A stretch of DNA of 64,000 nt from positions 55,676,001-55,740,000 of the forward strand of contig OZ076415.1 in assembly GCA_964187785.1 (NCBI GenBank). The letters run 5' to 3'. Shown here in pieces: positions 36,101 through 45,725 of the stretch. A program made the translations under genes and the position numbers. Within the stretch, counting starts at the first letter, position 1; each line of letters begins with the position of its first letter. The notes under the pieces were generated by a model. It was not told the origin of the DNA, did no database searches, and was given only the letters and a program-made list of their open reading frames with translations. The stretch comes from Amphiscolops sp. MND2022. Taxonomy: Eukaryota.

Positions 36101-38679
36101 TCTACTGGTTTCTCTAATTGTTCGTTGGTTGCAGCTCAGTGTTATGGAATGGGGCCTTTGATAGACGAGCAGCTGAACCAGCTAGACCAGGAGCATGTGA
36201 AGCTGTCTGAACTGAACAAGAAGGTAATCGACGCTCTCAACATGTATCACAAACTCATGGAACAGAGTCCCGCTCAGCAGTCCTTGGGCCCCTCCATGAC
36301 GTCATACGGTGGCACTGTTCCCCCTCCTGCAATGAACATTCACCAGCACCCTACATATCCAGTAAGATTCATTTCAGCCTGCCAATTTTGTATCGCATTA
36401 TTTACATTCCAATTGACTTGTCTTTCAGTTGAATGAAATTGGCTACTAATTCCCTATTCGAAACTATGATGAAAGAATTAATTTGTGAAACTTGTGAATC
36501 GTGCTTTTTGTGGTGCTGAGCAACTTCGGATTTATCATTACACATTTGTGTGTCCAAAACATAACTCTTGATGTCTTTGAAGATCACAATAGAACAGTCA
36601 AAATTTTGACTGATTTTTTTTCAAAACTTGAATCAAGTATATTCACAGCAAAATCGAGTCTAAGCACAATTTCTGATTTAATTACATCATATCAACATCT
36701 TTAATTGGATGAAATTTTTCAAAAGCTCTCTCTTGAAAAGCTCTCTCAGAGTGCATCCTCTCTGAGTGTGGAGAAAATTGTGGGACCTAAGTCGTTATTC
36801 TTTTTTTATCAATAATCGTTGCTCACGTGCAGGGACAGCAAAGTGTGCATGCCATGGCGCCGTCTCATCAGCCGGTGGGTGCTGGAATTTCCAGCTACGG
36901 CAGCTACCCTGGAGGCGCTTCCTCCGAGAACCCAGCAGCCAATCAAGAAACACTCTCTGTAGACGGCCTCAAACAAATGAATGCACTCAATCATCACCAA
37001 CAAGGGTATGTAGCATGTACCATGCTCTTGCTCTGGGAGGAAGCCTTTCACGGTCATGGTAAAAGTATTTGCAAACTAGTAGCAGGTGGTATTTATCGGC
37101 CTTACACATTTCACAGCAAAAAGAACATTTACTATTTTCATTTCCTATAATTGTCTTTCACCGTGGGTAAAGGTATTGGTGCACACCTGAAATGAGTCAG
37201 CCTTATTCTTTCCATCAGGTTCATTTTAACAATATACTTTTCAAGTTCTAACTTTTGTTTGTGCATACAATAGCATTCATTTATAGGCGTTGTGTGCGCC
37301 ATTGTTTGCCAAGACTGGTTAGCAAAATCTTCACCGAGTCTCTTCATAGATTTATTGAACTCAAACCATTTATGTAATTGGCAAAGGTTTCAACCATCGA
37401 TCTGTCGCAATTTTTCAGGATGTTTCTGATACCTAGCAACCAATTATTTTCATAGTTGATTAGGTTTAACCGGTAGAACATTAAATTAGTCTTCGATTGT
37501 TCATGGTGACTTCTTTCCAGTAAGATGCCATCCTTTGCCATAGGGATGTGCCGGAATTATTATCCGGCCGGAAATTCCGGCCGGAACAGGAAATTTTCTG
37601 GTTCCGGTATCCGGCCGGAACAAGAATAATTCCGGCCGGATTTTCTAAGCAATATTTGTCTCTGTAAAAACAGTTTTTGTTTCAGAAAACTCAATTTCAG
37701 GATTTATTTTTCCTTCAGGTTATGATGAAGAAACAGAAGTTTCTCGCTCTTTTTTGGAAGTAATCGACTCCGCTTTTCCTCGTACACGTTCCCAAATTCG
37801 GAGAAGAGTCGTTCAGAATAAACAGATGAAGGCGGTGCCGAAAAATACTTTTTGAAAAGATTCTTCAAATGGGGGTATGATTCGATATTTTTCCAGCCGA
37901 TATACTTTTCGCCTTGCCGTATTCGCTGGGATGGTGTTTTTCTGCATGCTTGTGAAGTGGTGTGGTAGAAAAACTCAGATTTGTAACATTTGCTGATCCC
38001 CGATGCACAGATTTCTTGCACAGATTACAAACTGCAATATGTGCCTCGTTTTCTTTTTTCGTAAATAGAACCCACACAAAAGATGACATAGTGGACACTG
38101 AAATACATTCACAGGTACATACACATTTCTGAGAAAAACTACGAAGTGACTGCGAATGTTTTCTTTTATTAAAACTGTGTAAATAAAAACAATTTCTCAG
38201 AAATATGTAATTCAGTTTCGTATATAATGAGCAAAGTTCCGGCCGGAACCGTTTCTCAGAATTCCGGCATAATTCCGGCCGGATCGTTTTCAAAATTCCG
38301 GTCCGGTTCCGGTTCCGGCCGGAACGACAAATCATGTTCCGGCACATCTCTACTTTGCCAGATGAAAAACTTCAGCTCAGTTCGTCCTCGTTCACAGTAT
38401 ACCATAGCTTTGGTGAAAACTGCAACTCTTGGGTTTTGTTCTAGAGACTACTCAGCGACGGCGGCAATGCAAGGTGGTTACGGGTCACTGGGTGGCCAAG
38501 GCGTGGCACCTTCTCAATATGGCTCTTCTGCTGGGGTGGGTGCCCCTCAGCCCCAGTTCATCGGCCAGCATGCGATGGCCACACCCCACAACATGCAACA
38601 AGCCCCCCAAATGTTCATGTCACACCAGCAGGACCCCATGCAGACGCCCCATCCTGGAATGCAGGCACCCATCCAATGA
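3149..38679 (+). CDS. STAM: Signal transducing adapter molecule (ESCRT-0 subunit; VHS-UIM-SH3-GAT), multi-exon; first exon not located
   Basis: Phase-consistent GT-AG exons: 3149-3236, 3301-3376, 3449-3547, 17403-17485, 17907-17967 (VHS: [65 protein letters not shown]); 19080-19251 and 33491-33743 (UIM EDDDLAK|AIALSLKES, then SH3 [23 protein letters not shown]); 34153-34312 ([21 protein letters not shown]); 34666-34861; 36135-36361 (GAT: [17 protein letters not shown]); 36833-37005; 38445-38679 (Q/P/G-rich tail, stop). Confidence 0.93.
4198..5151 (+). mobile_element. Helentron-type non-autonomous element (HINE/DINE-1-like) inserted in the left arm
   Basis: Absent from the mirror arm, where TTCCAAGGTCAACACTTTTAGTAAC is contiguous at ~16150-16177. 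It has subterminal inverted repeats ACACTTGCGA (4204-4213) / TCGCAAGTGT (5117-5126), a 3' hairpin GCGAAGC-ACG-GCTTCGC (5129-5145), a CTGTG end and a T-rich insertion site. Confidence 0.7.
4297..4368 (+). ncRNA. tRNA-like (Glu-like) pseudo-tRNA / Pol III promoter cassette inside the HINE-like element
   Basis: A box TGGTCTAGTGG (4304-4314) and B box GTTCGAACC (4348-4356) at tRNA spacing. Acceptor and anticodon stems do not pair, so it is not a functional tRNA. Confidence 0.6.
5850..10401 (-). pseudogene. Fragmented protein-primed family B DNA polymerase (pPolB) with N-terminal zinc fingers and a Vsr-like nuclease insert
   Basis: Pieces in order: C2H2 fingers (CPKCPK..YHTQRKH; CTDC..HKQTRH), exonuclease I (IFDFES), motif A (GIDASQLYP), Vsr-like [20 protein letters not shown] and WEC, motif B ([10 protein letters not shown]), motif C (EMDTDSLYL, ~6166-6180). 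Many stops and frameshifts. Confidence 0.88.
7292..7775 (+). mobile_element. HINE-like element (family 2) interrupting the left-arm pPolB relic
   Basis: Subterminal inverted repeats AGTCGGCGC / GCGCCGACT and internal GGGTCCCC / CGGCACT(G/A)TGCGA repeats. Inverted homolog of ~60767-61294. Confidence 0.65.
12405..14130 (+). pseudogene. Second (mirror) copy of the pPolB relic, with a ~2.9-kb internal deletion
   Basis: Inverted copy of 9535-10401 joined at ~13272 to an inverted copy of 5830-6635. It has the same N-terminal [19 protein letters not shown] and MELDTDSL segments. Confidence 0.85.
19375..31920. repeat. Tandem satellite array: ~45 units, mostly 271/272 bp, with longer 340-370 bp variant units and higher-order repeats
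   Basis: TCACTGTAG landmarks recur every 271-272 bp (19648, 19920, 20191 ... 27252). A 2240-bp block is duplicated (27252/29492, 28134/30374) and a 641-bp segment is duplicated (30374/31015). It lies within STAM intron 19252-33490. Confidence 0.97.
34928..35373. mobile_element. Small hAT-type MITE in a STAM intron
   Basis: TIR CAGGGTTCG / CGAACCCTG, subterminal TTTAAAC repeats, and flanks ATCGAAGC / CTCTAAGC (6/8 match, decayed 8-bp TSD). Confidence 0.5.
37138..37540 (-). pseudogene. Degenerate LINE ORF2 C-terminal fragment
   Basis: [13 protein letters not shown] and RIRLTHFRC resemble the NW..I..IL and R..LT.FR motifs of LINE C-termini; split over two frames. Confidence 0.4.
37541..38352 (-). 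mobile_element. Internally deleted hAT transposon (812 bp)
   Basis: TIRs TAGGGATGTGCCGGAA / TTCCGGCACATCTCTA and a perfect 8-bp TSD CTTTGCCA (37533-37540, 38353-38360). It retains the BED finger ([20 protein letters not shown]) and hATC dimerisation motif ([19 protein letters not shown]), plus many subterminal CCGGCCGG/TTCCGG repeats. Confidence 0.93.
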
Positions 38680-39376
38680 AGCACATGAAGTGGAATGACT
38701 TGACATGACCCCTACTCGACCATGTTCATGTTCCTTTTCAATTATTGTGAAGAAAATGATGCTAATCTTAATTTGTCCGTAGCTGAAGTTTCATGTAGTC
38801 ATGAATCGAATGAACGAACGAGACAGCCAACAAGTTGTAATAATGAGGAAACTTGTTGGTAGTAGTTGTTAGCAAGTATTGATTAAAGTGATAACTAGAT
38901 GACCTACGGGGTGTGAAACCATGTAAAATAAATCGAGGCTCCCGTGAGATAACTCGAATGTTCATACAACTGTGACCTACCCCCGCCCCCGCATGAAAGA
39001 TGTTATTTTAATAGAAAAGAGTTGCGCTTTAGTGTTCAATGATTTGAGATAATTTCAATTTAATTATTTATACTGCTCATTATTCATCACTTCTCCAATA
39101 AATTTTAAGAATATTATTTTTTTTCGTTTCCTCAGCGTAATGAACAACCTCAACTTTTCCCAGGATCGTATTTGTGATGTGACCATTAAACGGCACGAAT
39201 TCATGAACGAAGCAAAAATATTGACATTCTTCCGTTTGGCCTTTCAATAATCTTAAAGCTAAGTGTTTCTTCATTTTTGCACATGACGAAGTCAATGTGG
39301 ATTGCAGTCCAGCTAAGAAAGTTTTTTTTCCACAATAGTCAACTTCATAATGAGTGCCTTTAGACAAAAGCCAAAA

Positions 39377-39444
39377 CCCCAGAGAGATTCGAACCTACAG
39401 CCTCCCGATTGCACGGCATAAGTGTTGACCACTGTGCCATAGGG
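39377..39444 (-). ncRNA. tRNA-like Pol III cassette (pseudo-tRNA) in HINE-like family 3
   Basis: Minus strand reads TGGCACAGTGG (A box) ... GGTTCGAATC (B box); a second copy lies at ~63465-63530. Stems are only partly paired. Confidence 0.55.
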
Positions 39445-39505
39445 ACGTTATTGAACAAAGTTGAAGTGTTGAATATATACGCATGCGATTAAAATAATAT
39501 ATATA

Positions 39506-39808
39506 AGTAGTTAAGATTTCCGCCGGCCTTTCAACGGGGGGGTCCTCGGTTTTCACGGGGTGGGTCCTTGCTCTGAAATTTTAGGACCTATCCCTAAAAG
39601 GAAGGGGTCCTTCCAAATTGGTGTTCGGAAATACTTCGGCTTTTGACTACGAAAGTAAATTATTGGTCGGATTCTTTTTGTATTCGTTTTTTGGATTCTT
39701 TCTGTATTCGTTTTTGGAATCGGATTTTTGCGAAAGTACGTGTAAAAGCGTAGACACTCTTGTTTATTCTTTGAATGCCTGAAAGTTTGGAAAGTACTAA
39801 CCTTGAAA
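39506..39808 (+). repeat. Left TIR of the Maverick
   Basis: Reverse complement of ~54949-55235. It differs by at least 3 substitutions, a G7 versus C15 run and a ~23-bp tandem duplication (ATTCTTT(T/C)TGTATTCGTTTTTGG). Confidence 0.95.
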
Positions 39809-40050
39809 ATCGGTGGTAATAAAAGTCAAGTCGGGTTGTAGTATTGTTGTGCCAAGCGATCAATCGGCCAATAAAAAGTAATCTAGTTTGTCGTATAATT
39901 CACACCAAAGTTTAATAGGGTACGAGAGGGTGTGAAACTTATGTACAGTTTTGTTCGAATGCATTATTCGTCTGATGTTACGAACGTGTTTTGATAAAAA
40001 TTCATTATAAAGGAAATATCAGCAGCAGGAAGGAATGCTGAGAATCAAAA

Positions 40051-40467
40051 TTGGAAATGGACCCCCAAAAAATAGACGTTGTAAAAGTGCAGCAAACTTT
40101 TCATAGACTTTCATTAGACAATTCGGACAAATTCGAAACTTATCAAAAGTATGTGCTAAGTTTTTGTTTGGTATATCTAAAAAATTGCAACTTCAACAAC
40201 ATTACTTTGGACCATTTGAAATATTTGCTGAAAGAAGAACCAGAAATCAAATGTGAAATTTTCTACAAGTATTGCAAAGTGTACAGATTATTTGTGATTG
40301 TTCGCGACTCGCAAGAGCTTATGGGGGCGTTTAGTGACGTGTGTGACTGCTTGGATAGAAGAACCAGATTGCAAAAGTTTTGGTCATGCTCAGTTCGCCC
40401 TCTCTGGAGCATTTTGAAACTCAAATATTCAGCACAAGCCCACTGGTTCCGTGAATTGGAATGTTGA
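40051..40467 (+). CDS. Maverick orphan ORF, 138 aa
   Basis: Open ORF inside the element, co-oriented with and overlapping the next start; no recognised motif. Confidence 0.55.
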   Translation: MEMDPQKIDVVKVQQTFHRLSLDNSDKFETYQKYVLSFCLVYLKNCNFNNITLDHLKYLLKEEPEIKCEIFYKYCKVYRLFVIVRDSQELMGAFSDVCDCLDRRTRLQKFWSCSVRPLWSILKLKYSAQAHWFRELEC

Positions 40468-41030
40468 ATGAGAACGAAATTCTTGTTATTGACTTTGAAG
40501 GGTTTGACTACAACGGTCTTATCGTTAAAGAGCTGAGCGTTCACAGTAAAAATTATCAAGAAACCCTACTTTTCAAACCTCCTCAAGCCTTTTCTACAAT
40601 TTCAACTATTAACCGCGACTCGATAATATTCTTAACAAAAAGAATACACGGTATTGACTGGGACAGTGGCGTTTACCCTTACACTTCTATCCGTAATTAT
40701 TTGGCCAGTTTACGACTTCGTTTTCCCAACGCAATTGTTTTTGTCGACGGACATGTGAAGAGAGCATTTATCTCCAACTATTTTAAAAAAGTTTACATTT
40801 TGCAAAGGCTTGGTTGTCCCCCAATTAAACATTTATGTGTTAATGCTGTGGTTTCTTGTGGGAACCACGCAAACTTTCTCCCATGGAATAGTCAACAACA
40901 ACATTTCTGGCATTGCAGCAAATTGAAAACTGCTGTTGCTTATCAGTGGTTAGAGAGTAGGCGCAATGCAAACCAATCAAAAGTTGACTCCAAACTTGAG
41001 CGTCTGTGTGTAGGCTGTTCCAAACAATAG
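40461..41030 (+). CDS. Maverick accessory protein, putative DEDD/DnaQ-like exonuclease fold with C-terminal Cys/His motif
   Basis: VIDFEGF..IVKELSV..LFKPP..HGIDWDSGVYPY pattern (DxE ExoI-like) and C-x2-H...H-C at the C-terminus. Confidence 0.6.
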   Translation: MLNENEILVIDFEGFDYNGLIVKELSVHSKNYQETLLFKPPQAFSTISTINRDSIIFLTKRIHGIDWDSGVYPYTSIRNYLASLRLRFPNAIVFVDGHVKRAFISNYFKKVYILQRLGCPPIKHLCVNAVVSCGNHANFLPWNSQQQHFWHCSKLKTAVAYQWLESRRNANQSKVDSKLERLCVGCSKQ

Positions 41031-41034
41031 TGGT

Positions 41035-41379
41035 GTGGTGGAAGCAAGCAGGACTTTTGGAAAGAATATGTCAGTAGCTTCTAGTGCACGAGACTCAAAA
41101 CTGTCCAGGATGAAAAAGAAACTACCTCCTCTAAACATGCACATTTCCAGGCCACCTCCTCCTGTCGAAATTGACAAAAATTGCCCGAATCTACCACAAG
41201 AAGTGAGGGACGTAGTCAAATCCAAAAGTGTCCTCAGAATTTGGTTCTATTACGGATCCGGGAAAACTGGCTCAAAATTCAAAATCGATTTGGAAACAAA
41301 AGATAAAGAATGGAATTCATTTATAATTCTGGAAACCCAAAGAATATTCGTCTTACCAAGGAGAAAAATTTTGAACTGA
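41035..41379 (+). CDS. Maverick orphan ORF, 114 aa
   Basis: Co-oriented ORF starting 4 nt after the previous stop; no recognised motif. Confidence 0.4.
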   Translation: MVEASRTFGKNMSVASSARDSKLSRMKKKLPPLNMHISRPPPPVEIDKNCPNLPQEVRDVVKSKSVLRIWFYYGSGKTGSKFKIDLETKDKEWNSFIILETQRIFVLPRRKILN

Positions 41380-41713
41380 CTTTTTGTGTGATTTGATATA
41401 ATGCTTTTTTGTTTTGAAACTAACTCTCTCTGTAGTGTAGTCCTTCGGTGCCTCAATGGCAAGAAAAATCTTGTCTCTGCACCTTAACCTACCTCAACAT
41501 TGACAGCCAACAAAAAACTTGTGTAAACGACACACAAGGTCCGGCACGTACTAAGGAAACAATGCATGATGTTCCGCAGTACAATTTTTTTGTATCTTTT
41601 GTACTAACATTTTATTTAACAATTTTGAACCATTTCTGATATACAACGTGTGTGTAATAATGTACAATTAATTGGAATTGAATTTAATAATTTCGTAGTA
41701 CACTTTTTGAAAA

Positions 41714-41992
41714 ATGGGTTCAGAAACAGTTGATTTACCAGATGTATTATCATGTCAAGAAATTGTGTTCGATAAAGAGAATAACGAGAGACCAGCCTGG
41801 AAATTTTGTTTTGCTACAAACATACCACGATCGCAAGTTATATTTTTTGTTCATGTATTCTCAGCTTTCTTTGTGATAACAATTTGTCTGGTGAAACTAA
41901 TCTTTTTTGAAGTATCATGTGAAGACATGCCATTTTGGACATCACTTTTGGCTGGATCAGTTGGATATCTTTTACCTAGCCCAAAATTATGA
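41714..41992 (+). CDS. Small two-transmembrane protein of the Maverick
   Basis: Two hydrophobic segments (RSQVIFFVHVFSAFFVITICLVKLIFF; FWTSLLAGSVGYLLPSP); the stop overlaps the ATPase start (ATGA). Confidence 0.7.
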   Translation: MGSETVDLPDVLSCQEIVFDKENNERPAWKFCFATNIPRSQVIFFVHVFSAFFVITICLVKLIFFEVSCEDMPFWTSLLAGSVGYLLPSPKL

Positions 41993-42714
41993 ACAAAATC
42001 ATTTTTACTACAGAAAGAGTTTTCATGTCAGTTGTTGGACCATCTGGATCTGGAAAAACCCGACTGATTTTTTCTATGCTCACATCCAAGACCTTTTATC
42101 CGCGCTTTCAAAAAATTTACTACTTTTATCGGGAGTTCCAACAAATTTTCAAAGAAGTGGAAAAACGGATGAACATCGAGTTTATCAGTTGTCTAGATTT
42201 TGATTTGATAAAGACGCTTCAGGAGTGTTTGCTGATATTTGACGACTCTTGCGAAGAAATTTACCAAGATAAAAACTTTGCAAAAATTGCAGTCTCTGGC
42301 CGACACAGAGGAATCAACTGTATTTTTGTCAAACATAATTTGTATCATCAAAGTAAGTGGTCACGTACAATTGACCTCAACACAACCCACATTATTCTTT
42401 TTAATTCTCCTCGTGACACACAGCAAATTGAATATCTTGGAAGACAATTAAACAAAGCTGTATTTCTAAAAGAGTGCTACACAGACGCTGTTGCAGAACC
42501 ACATGGTCATTTACTCATTGATTTGGATCCAAAGACAAGTGAATGTCTACGCTTTTGTTCAAACATTGTAGGACCAGGACCAACAATATTTTATTTGCCT
42601 TCGTCACAAGCAAAAATTACAGAAATTAACAATGAGCGAGAAAAATTTGCATACACTCAGTCTCTTGGAAAAACTCACTTCAGTACAGCAACAAAAACTT
42701 CTACGACATTGTGA
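41989..42714 (+). CDS. A32/FtsK-like DNA packaging ATPase
   Basis: Walker A GPSGSGKT, Walker B LLIFDD, and GRHRGINCIFVKHN (arginine finger/sensor). Confidence 0.93.
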   Translation: MNKIIFTTERVFMSVVGPSGSGKTRLIFSMLTSKTFYPRFQKIYYFYREFQQIFKEVEKRMNIEFISCLDFDLIKTLQECLLIFDDSCEEIYQDKNFAKIAVSGRHRGINCIFVKHNLYHQSKWSRTIDLNTTHIILFNSPRDTQQIEYLGRQLNKAVFLKECYTDAVAEPHGHLLIDLDPKTSECLRFCSNIVGPGPTIFYLPSSQAKITEINNEREKFAYTQSLGKTHFSTATKTSTTL

Positions 42715-42934
42715 CAAGGAATTTTTGAAATTTTGTTGCGAGTGTGCAATCAATGTTGTGAATGGAACGGTTGGTATCAACGTGGACGAATTAAAACAGT
42801 ACGAAATCCAACTCAGATTACTTTGTAAAAGGTCTACCTCCAATAAGGAACGCAGAAAAATTTTAATGTCACCAAAAGGTCTCAAATTGTTAAACTTTAT
42901 TATTCGGCCTTGTTTCTGTTACCTGACAGATTGA
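42632..42934 (+). CDS. Small conserved Polinton protein (100 aa), function unknown
   Basis: The LL..CDKEFLKFCCECAINVVNG..LRLL..RRKIL..G pattern is typical of the small ORF that follows the ATPase in animal Polintons (recognised by eye). Confidence 0.65.
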   Translation: MSEKNLHTLSLLEKLTSVQQQKLLRHCDKEFLKFCCECAINVVNGTVGINVDELKQYEIQLRLLCKRSTSNKERRKILMSPKGLKLLNFIIRPCFCYLTD

Positions 42935-42942
42935 ATTCCGTT

Positions 42943-43579
42943 ATGAACACCCAAGAATTTGTACTTATCCCAAAAAGTTTTTATACTCAACAGAAACACT
43001 CCACACTGCAAGTTTTGAGAGACCCAGAAGTTGAACAAAAGGCAAAGTCTCTCACTCTACTGCAAAGAAACAATACTTTTCCGGACCCCTCAACAGTAGA
43101 AAAGAAAGAAAAAACCAGTAAAGAAAATATTTTTGGTAAAGAAATAAAGTAAAGAAACCAGTAAAGAAAAAAAAACCAAAGAAAAAAAGTCTTTGGATAT
43201 GCTCACAGCGGCACAAAAACAAAGAACGAGAGAAATTTTGAACAAAATTGAATCTTCCGAAACAATTGATTTTGATGAAACAGGCGATATTACAGTAAAC
43301 AAAATTTCCACAAAAATTTCGCTCTCAACATTTCTTTATAATCTGCAGCAACCCAACAAAAACCTAACTGATCCTTCATACTCTATCATTCTTAAAGAAT
43401 TGATGGTAAATCCTAATTTAGTGCCTAACCGGAACGCCAAAAACATTTTGAACCCTAGTACAACAAGAAAGAGAGCAGAACCCACTCGAGACGAATCAGA
43501 TGCCAGCAACGAAGAATCTGAAGAAATTGCTAAAAGCAAAGCGTCTGGATCGAAAATATGGACATCTCTCGGAATCTGA
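42943..43579 (+). CDS. Polinton protein between ATPase and integrase, split by a frameshift
   Basis: The N-part MNTQEFVLIPK (ORF 42910-43152) and C-part (ORF 43193-43579, ..LKELMVNPNLVPN) are in different frames across an A-rich repeat at ~43100-43190. Confidence 0.55.
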
Positions 43580-44498
43580 AAGAAAAACCCTCGAGAAACT
43601 TTACACACAAGGTCCAGCTGCTTATGGTAGCGTTGAAAACTTGAAAAAAGCTAGTAAGCTTCCAAAAAGGAAAGTGGAAACATTTTTGGCTCAAACAGAC
43701 GCTCATACAAAATATCACGCTCCCAGAAAAAAATTTCCACGATTGAAGGTTCAAGCTTACAGAATCAATGAGATTTGGTCGATAGATGTTGCTTATATGG
43801 ACAAATTAGCAAAATACAACAACGGTGTGAAATACTTGCTAGTTGCAGTTGATGTACTATCGAGATTCCTACGGGTTGAACCAATGAAAACAAAAAGTGC
43901 AGCAGATTCAACAAGAGCATTCAAAAGAATGATAACAAAGTCCATTCCCGAAAAAATCTGGTCAGACAAGGGATCAGAGTTTAAAGGGGAATTTAAGCAG
44001 TTCTGCGATTCCAAAAACATTGACATTTACAGCACTCATAGTGAGACAAAATCTGCTTTTGCAGAACGTAATATTCGTTCTCTAAAAAACATTATATATA
44101 AACATTTGGAAAAGAGATGGTCTTATCAATACATCAAAAAACTCCATGACTTTGTTGACATCATAAATTCACGAGTAAACCGAGTGACAGGATTGGCTCC
44201 AAAGAAGGTTTCAGATAAAGATGTACCTCATTTGATTTCTCTGGTTTCTTACAAGTCCACTAAACAGCTACGAGTGCCGAAATTCAGAGTCGGTGACTTT
44301 GTGAGAGTGTCAAAAGAAAACTTACCCTTCAAAAAAGGTTACAAACAGAATTTTACCGACGAAATTTTTCAAATTGAAAAAATCGCAACTCTCAATCCCC
44401 CAACTTACAACTTACTGGACTCTGAGAAGGAAAAACTCTTGGGCAAGTTTTATCAGCCTGAATTGATTTTGGTGAAAAAGAAAAATGGACGAATTTGA
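43500..44498 (+). CDS. Retroviral-like (rve, c-) integrase
   Basis: DDE triad in WSIDVAYM, WSDKGSEF and AERNIRSLK; C-terminal FRVGDFVRV..FKKGYKQNFTDEIF..PPTY..FYQPEL. Confidence 0.96.
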   Translation: MPATKNLKKLLKAKRLDRKYGHLSESERKTLEKLYTQGPAAYGSVENLKKASKLPKRKVETFLAQTDAHTKYHAPRKKFPRLKVQAYRINEIWSIDVAYMDKLAKYNNGVKYLLVAVDVLSRFLRVEPMKTKSAADSTRAFKRMITKSIPEKIWSDKGSEFKGEFKQFCDSKNIDIYSTHSETKSAFAERNIRSLKNIIYKHLEKRWSYQYIKKLHDFVDIINSRVNRVTGLAPKKVSDKDVPHLISLVSYKSTKQLRVPKFRVGDFVRVSKENLPFKKGYKQNFTDEIFQIEKIATLNPPTYNLLDSEKEKLLGKFYQPELILVKKKNGRI

Positions 44499-45351
44499 AG
44501 TTCATTTATTATCCACAGCGTCATTAGAAATTTTTGGTGACAATACATTGGCAGCATTCAAAAATCAACTCCCACAAAATATTTCCCTGGAAGGCGACTG
44601 GCGTGTGGCTCTATCAGAAATTATTTTTCCCTCGGAAATTAATAACGTTTACACAGACTTTTTTTATTACGTTCACACTACCAAAAAGAAGGAAGATGAA
44701 GAAAACCTTGACGAAATTGATGAAGAAAAAACAGAGGAAATTGAAATTGACTCTGAACCAGTTGTTCCATATTATCAAAAACTAAAGATAAGACCTTCGA
44801 TGTACAGTCATATCAACAACATACTTTTTGAAATGCGTTCAAAAGTAAATTTACTCACGGAAGACGGTAAACATAGATCCACCGAAAATGGCCTAGAAAT
44901 TAAATTTGATGCATATGCTGGCTACACTTTTCCTAACAGAAACATTCCCAACCTACTTGGATTCAAGGGAAAAGAGACTGCTTTTGGTATTCATATAGGA
45001 AACGAAGACATCCTGAACAGTAGATGGGTTGTGAATGACTTTCCGGTGGATTTGATTTCTGGCATTAGTCTAATTCTTGTTTACACTGATTTGATTGAAT
45101 ATCAAAACACGGGCGACGTAAAAGCACCCGTTTTGAGAATCATTGATAGTGGGAAACGTGTTGAAAGTGGCAAGGTCGTGACAACCCAGAATTTGGAAAC
45201 AAGATCATTTTTTGATTTACAATACAAGAAACTGTTGGTTCAAAATATTCAAACAATAAGCATTCAACTCAGAACAGAGACTGGGATCCTGGTACCCTTT
45301 TGTGGTAAAGGTCAAGTTGTTTTGACCCTAAAATTTAAAAAATTCGCCTAA
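44485..45351 (+). CDS. Minor capsid protein (penton-like, single jelly roll)
   Basis: N-terminal FEVHLLS..NTLAAFKNQLP..LEGDWRVALSEI and C-terminal LVYTDLIEYQ..GDVKAPVLR..ISIQLRTETG..PF match the Polinton minor capsid pattern. Confidence 0.85.
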   Translation: MDEFEVHLLSTASLEIFGDNTLAAFKNQLPQNISLEGDWRVALSEIIFPSEINNVYTDFFYYVHTTKKKEDEENLDEIDEEKTEEIEIDSEPVVPYYQKLKIRPSMYSHINNILFEMRSKVNLLTEDGKHRSTENGLEIKFDAYAGYTFPNRNIPNLLGFKGKETAFGIHIGNEDILNSRWVVNDFPVDLISGISLILVYTDLIEYQNTGDVKAPVLRIIDSGKRVESGKVVTTQNLETRSFFDLQYKKLLVQNIQTISIQLRTETGILVPFCGKGQVVLTLKFKKFA

Positions 45352-45725
45352 TGGAAGACTATTACTCAAAGCAAGTGCATTTACCCCATTTCGCCAGTTA
45401 CAACAGACAACGAGGTAGTGGAATTGGTGCACTGGCAGCCGGTATTGGCCGAGTGGCTTTACCCTTTGCAAAAAATTTTATTTTACCTGCCGCAAAAAAA
45501 ATTGGCAAAGAATTGCTCGTTCAAAGTGTCCCTGAGGTCTTTGATGTTATTGCAAAGCGAAAATCGCCACGTGAGGCTGCTAAAACAGCTATGAAAAAGA
45601 CGATAAAGAAGCAGATTGGTGGAAAAAGCAAACGTTCTTCAAAGAAACGAAAAACCATTACAAAATCAAAACGCAAACAGAGAAGTCGGTCCGATTTCTT
45701 TTCAAAAGTCAAAAATGTTGCCTAA
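45351..45725 (+). CDS. Basic core/DNA-condensing protein (Polinton QxGxG family)
   Basis: YYSKQ..QRGSGIG motif, K/R-rich tail, and GG sites resembling adenain cleavage sites. Confidence 0.75.
   Translation: MEDYYSKQVHLPHFASYNRQRGSGIGALAAGIGRVALPFAKNFILPAAKKIGKELLVQSVPEVFDVIAKRKSPREAAKTAMKKTIKKQIGGKSKRSSKKRKTITKSKRKQRSRSDFFSKVKNVA

Noticed and set aside
33441-36436. ORF-track proteins at 33475, 34139, 34633 and 36074 as separate genes
   Set aside because: They are individual STAM exons read into flanking introns.
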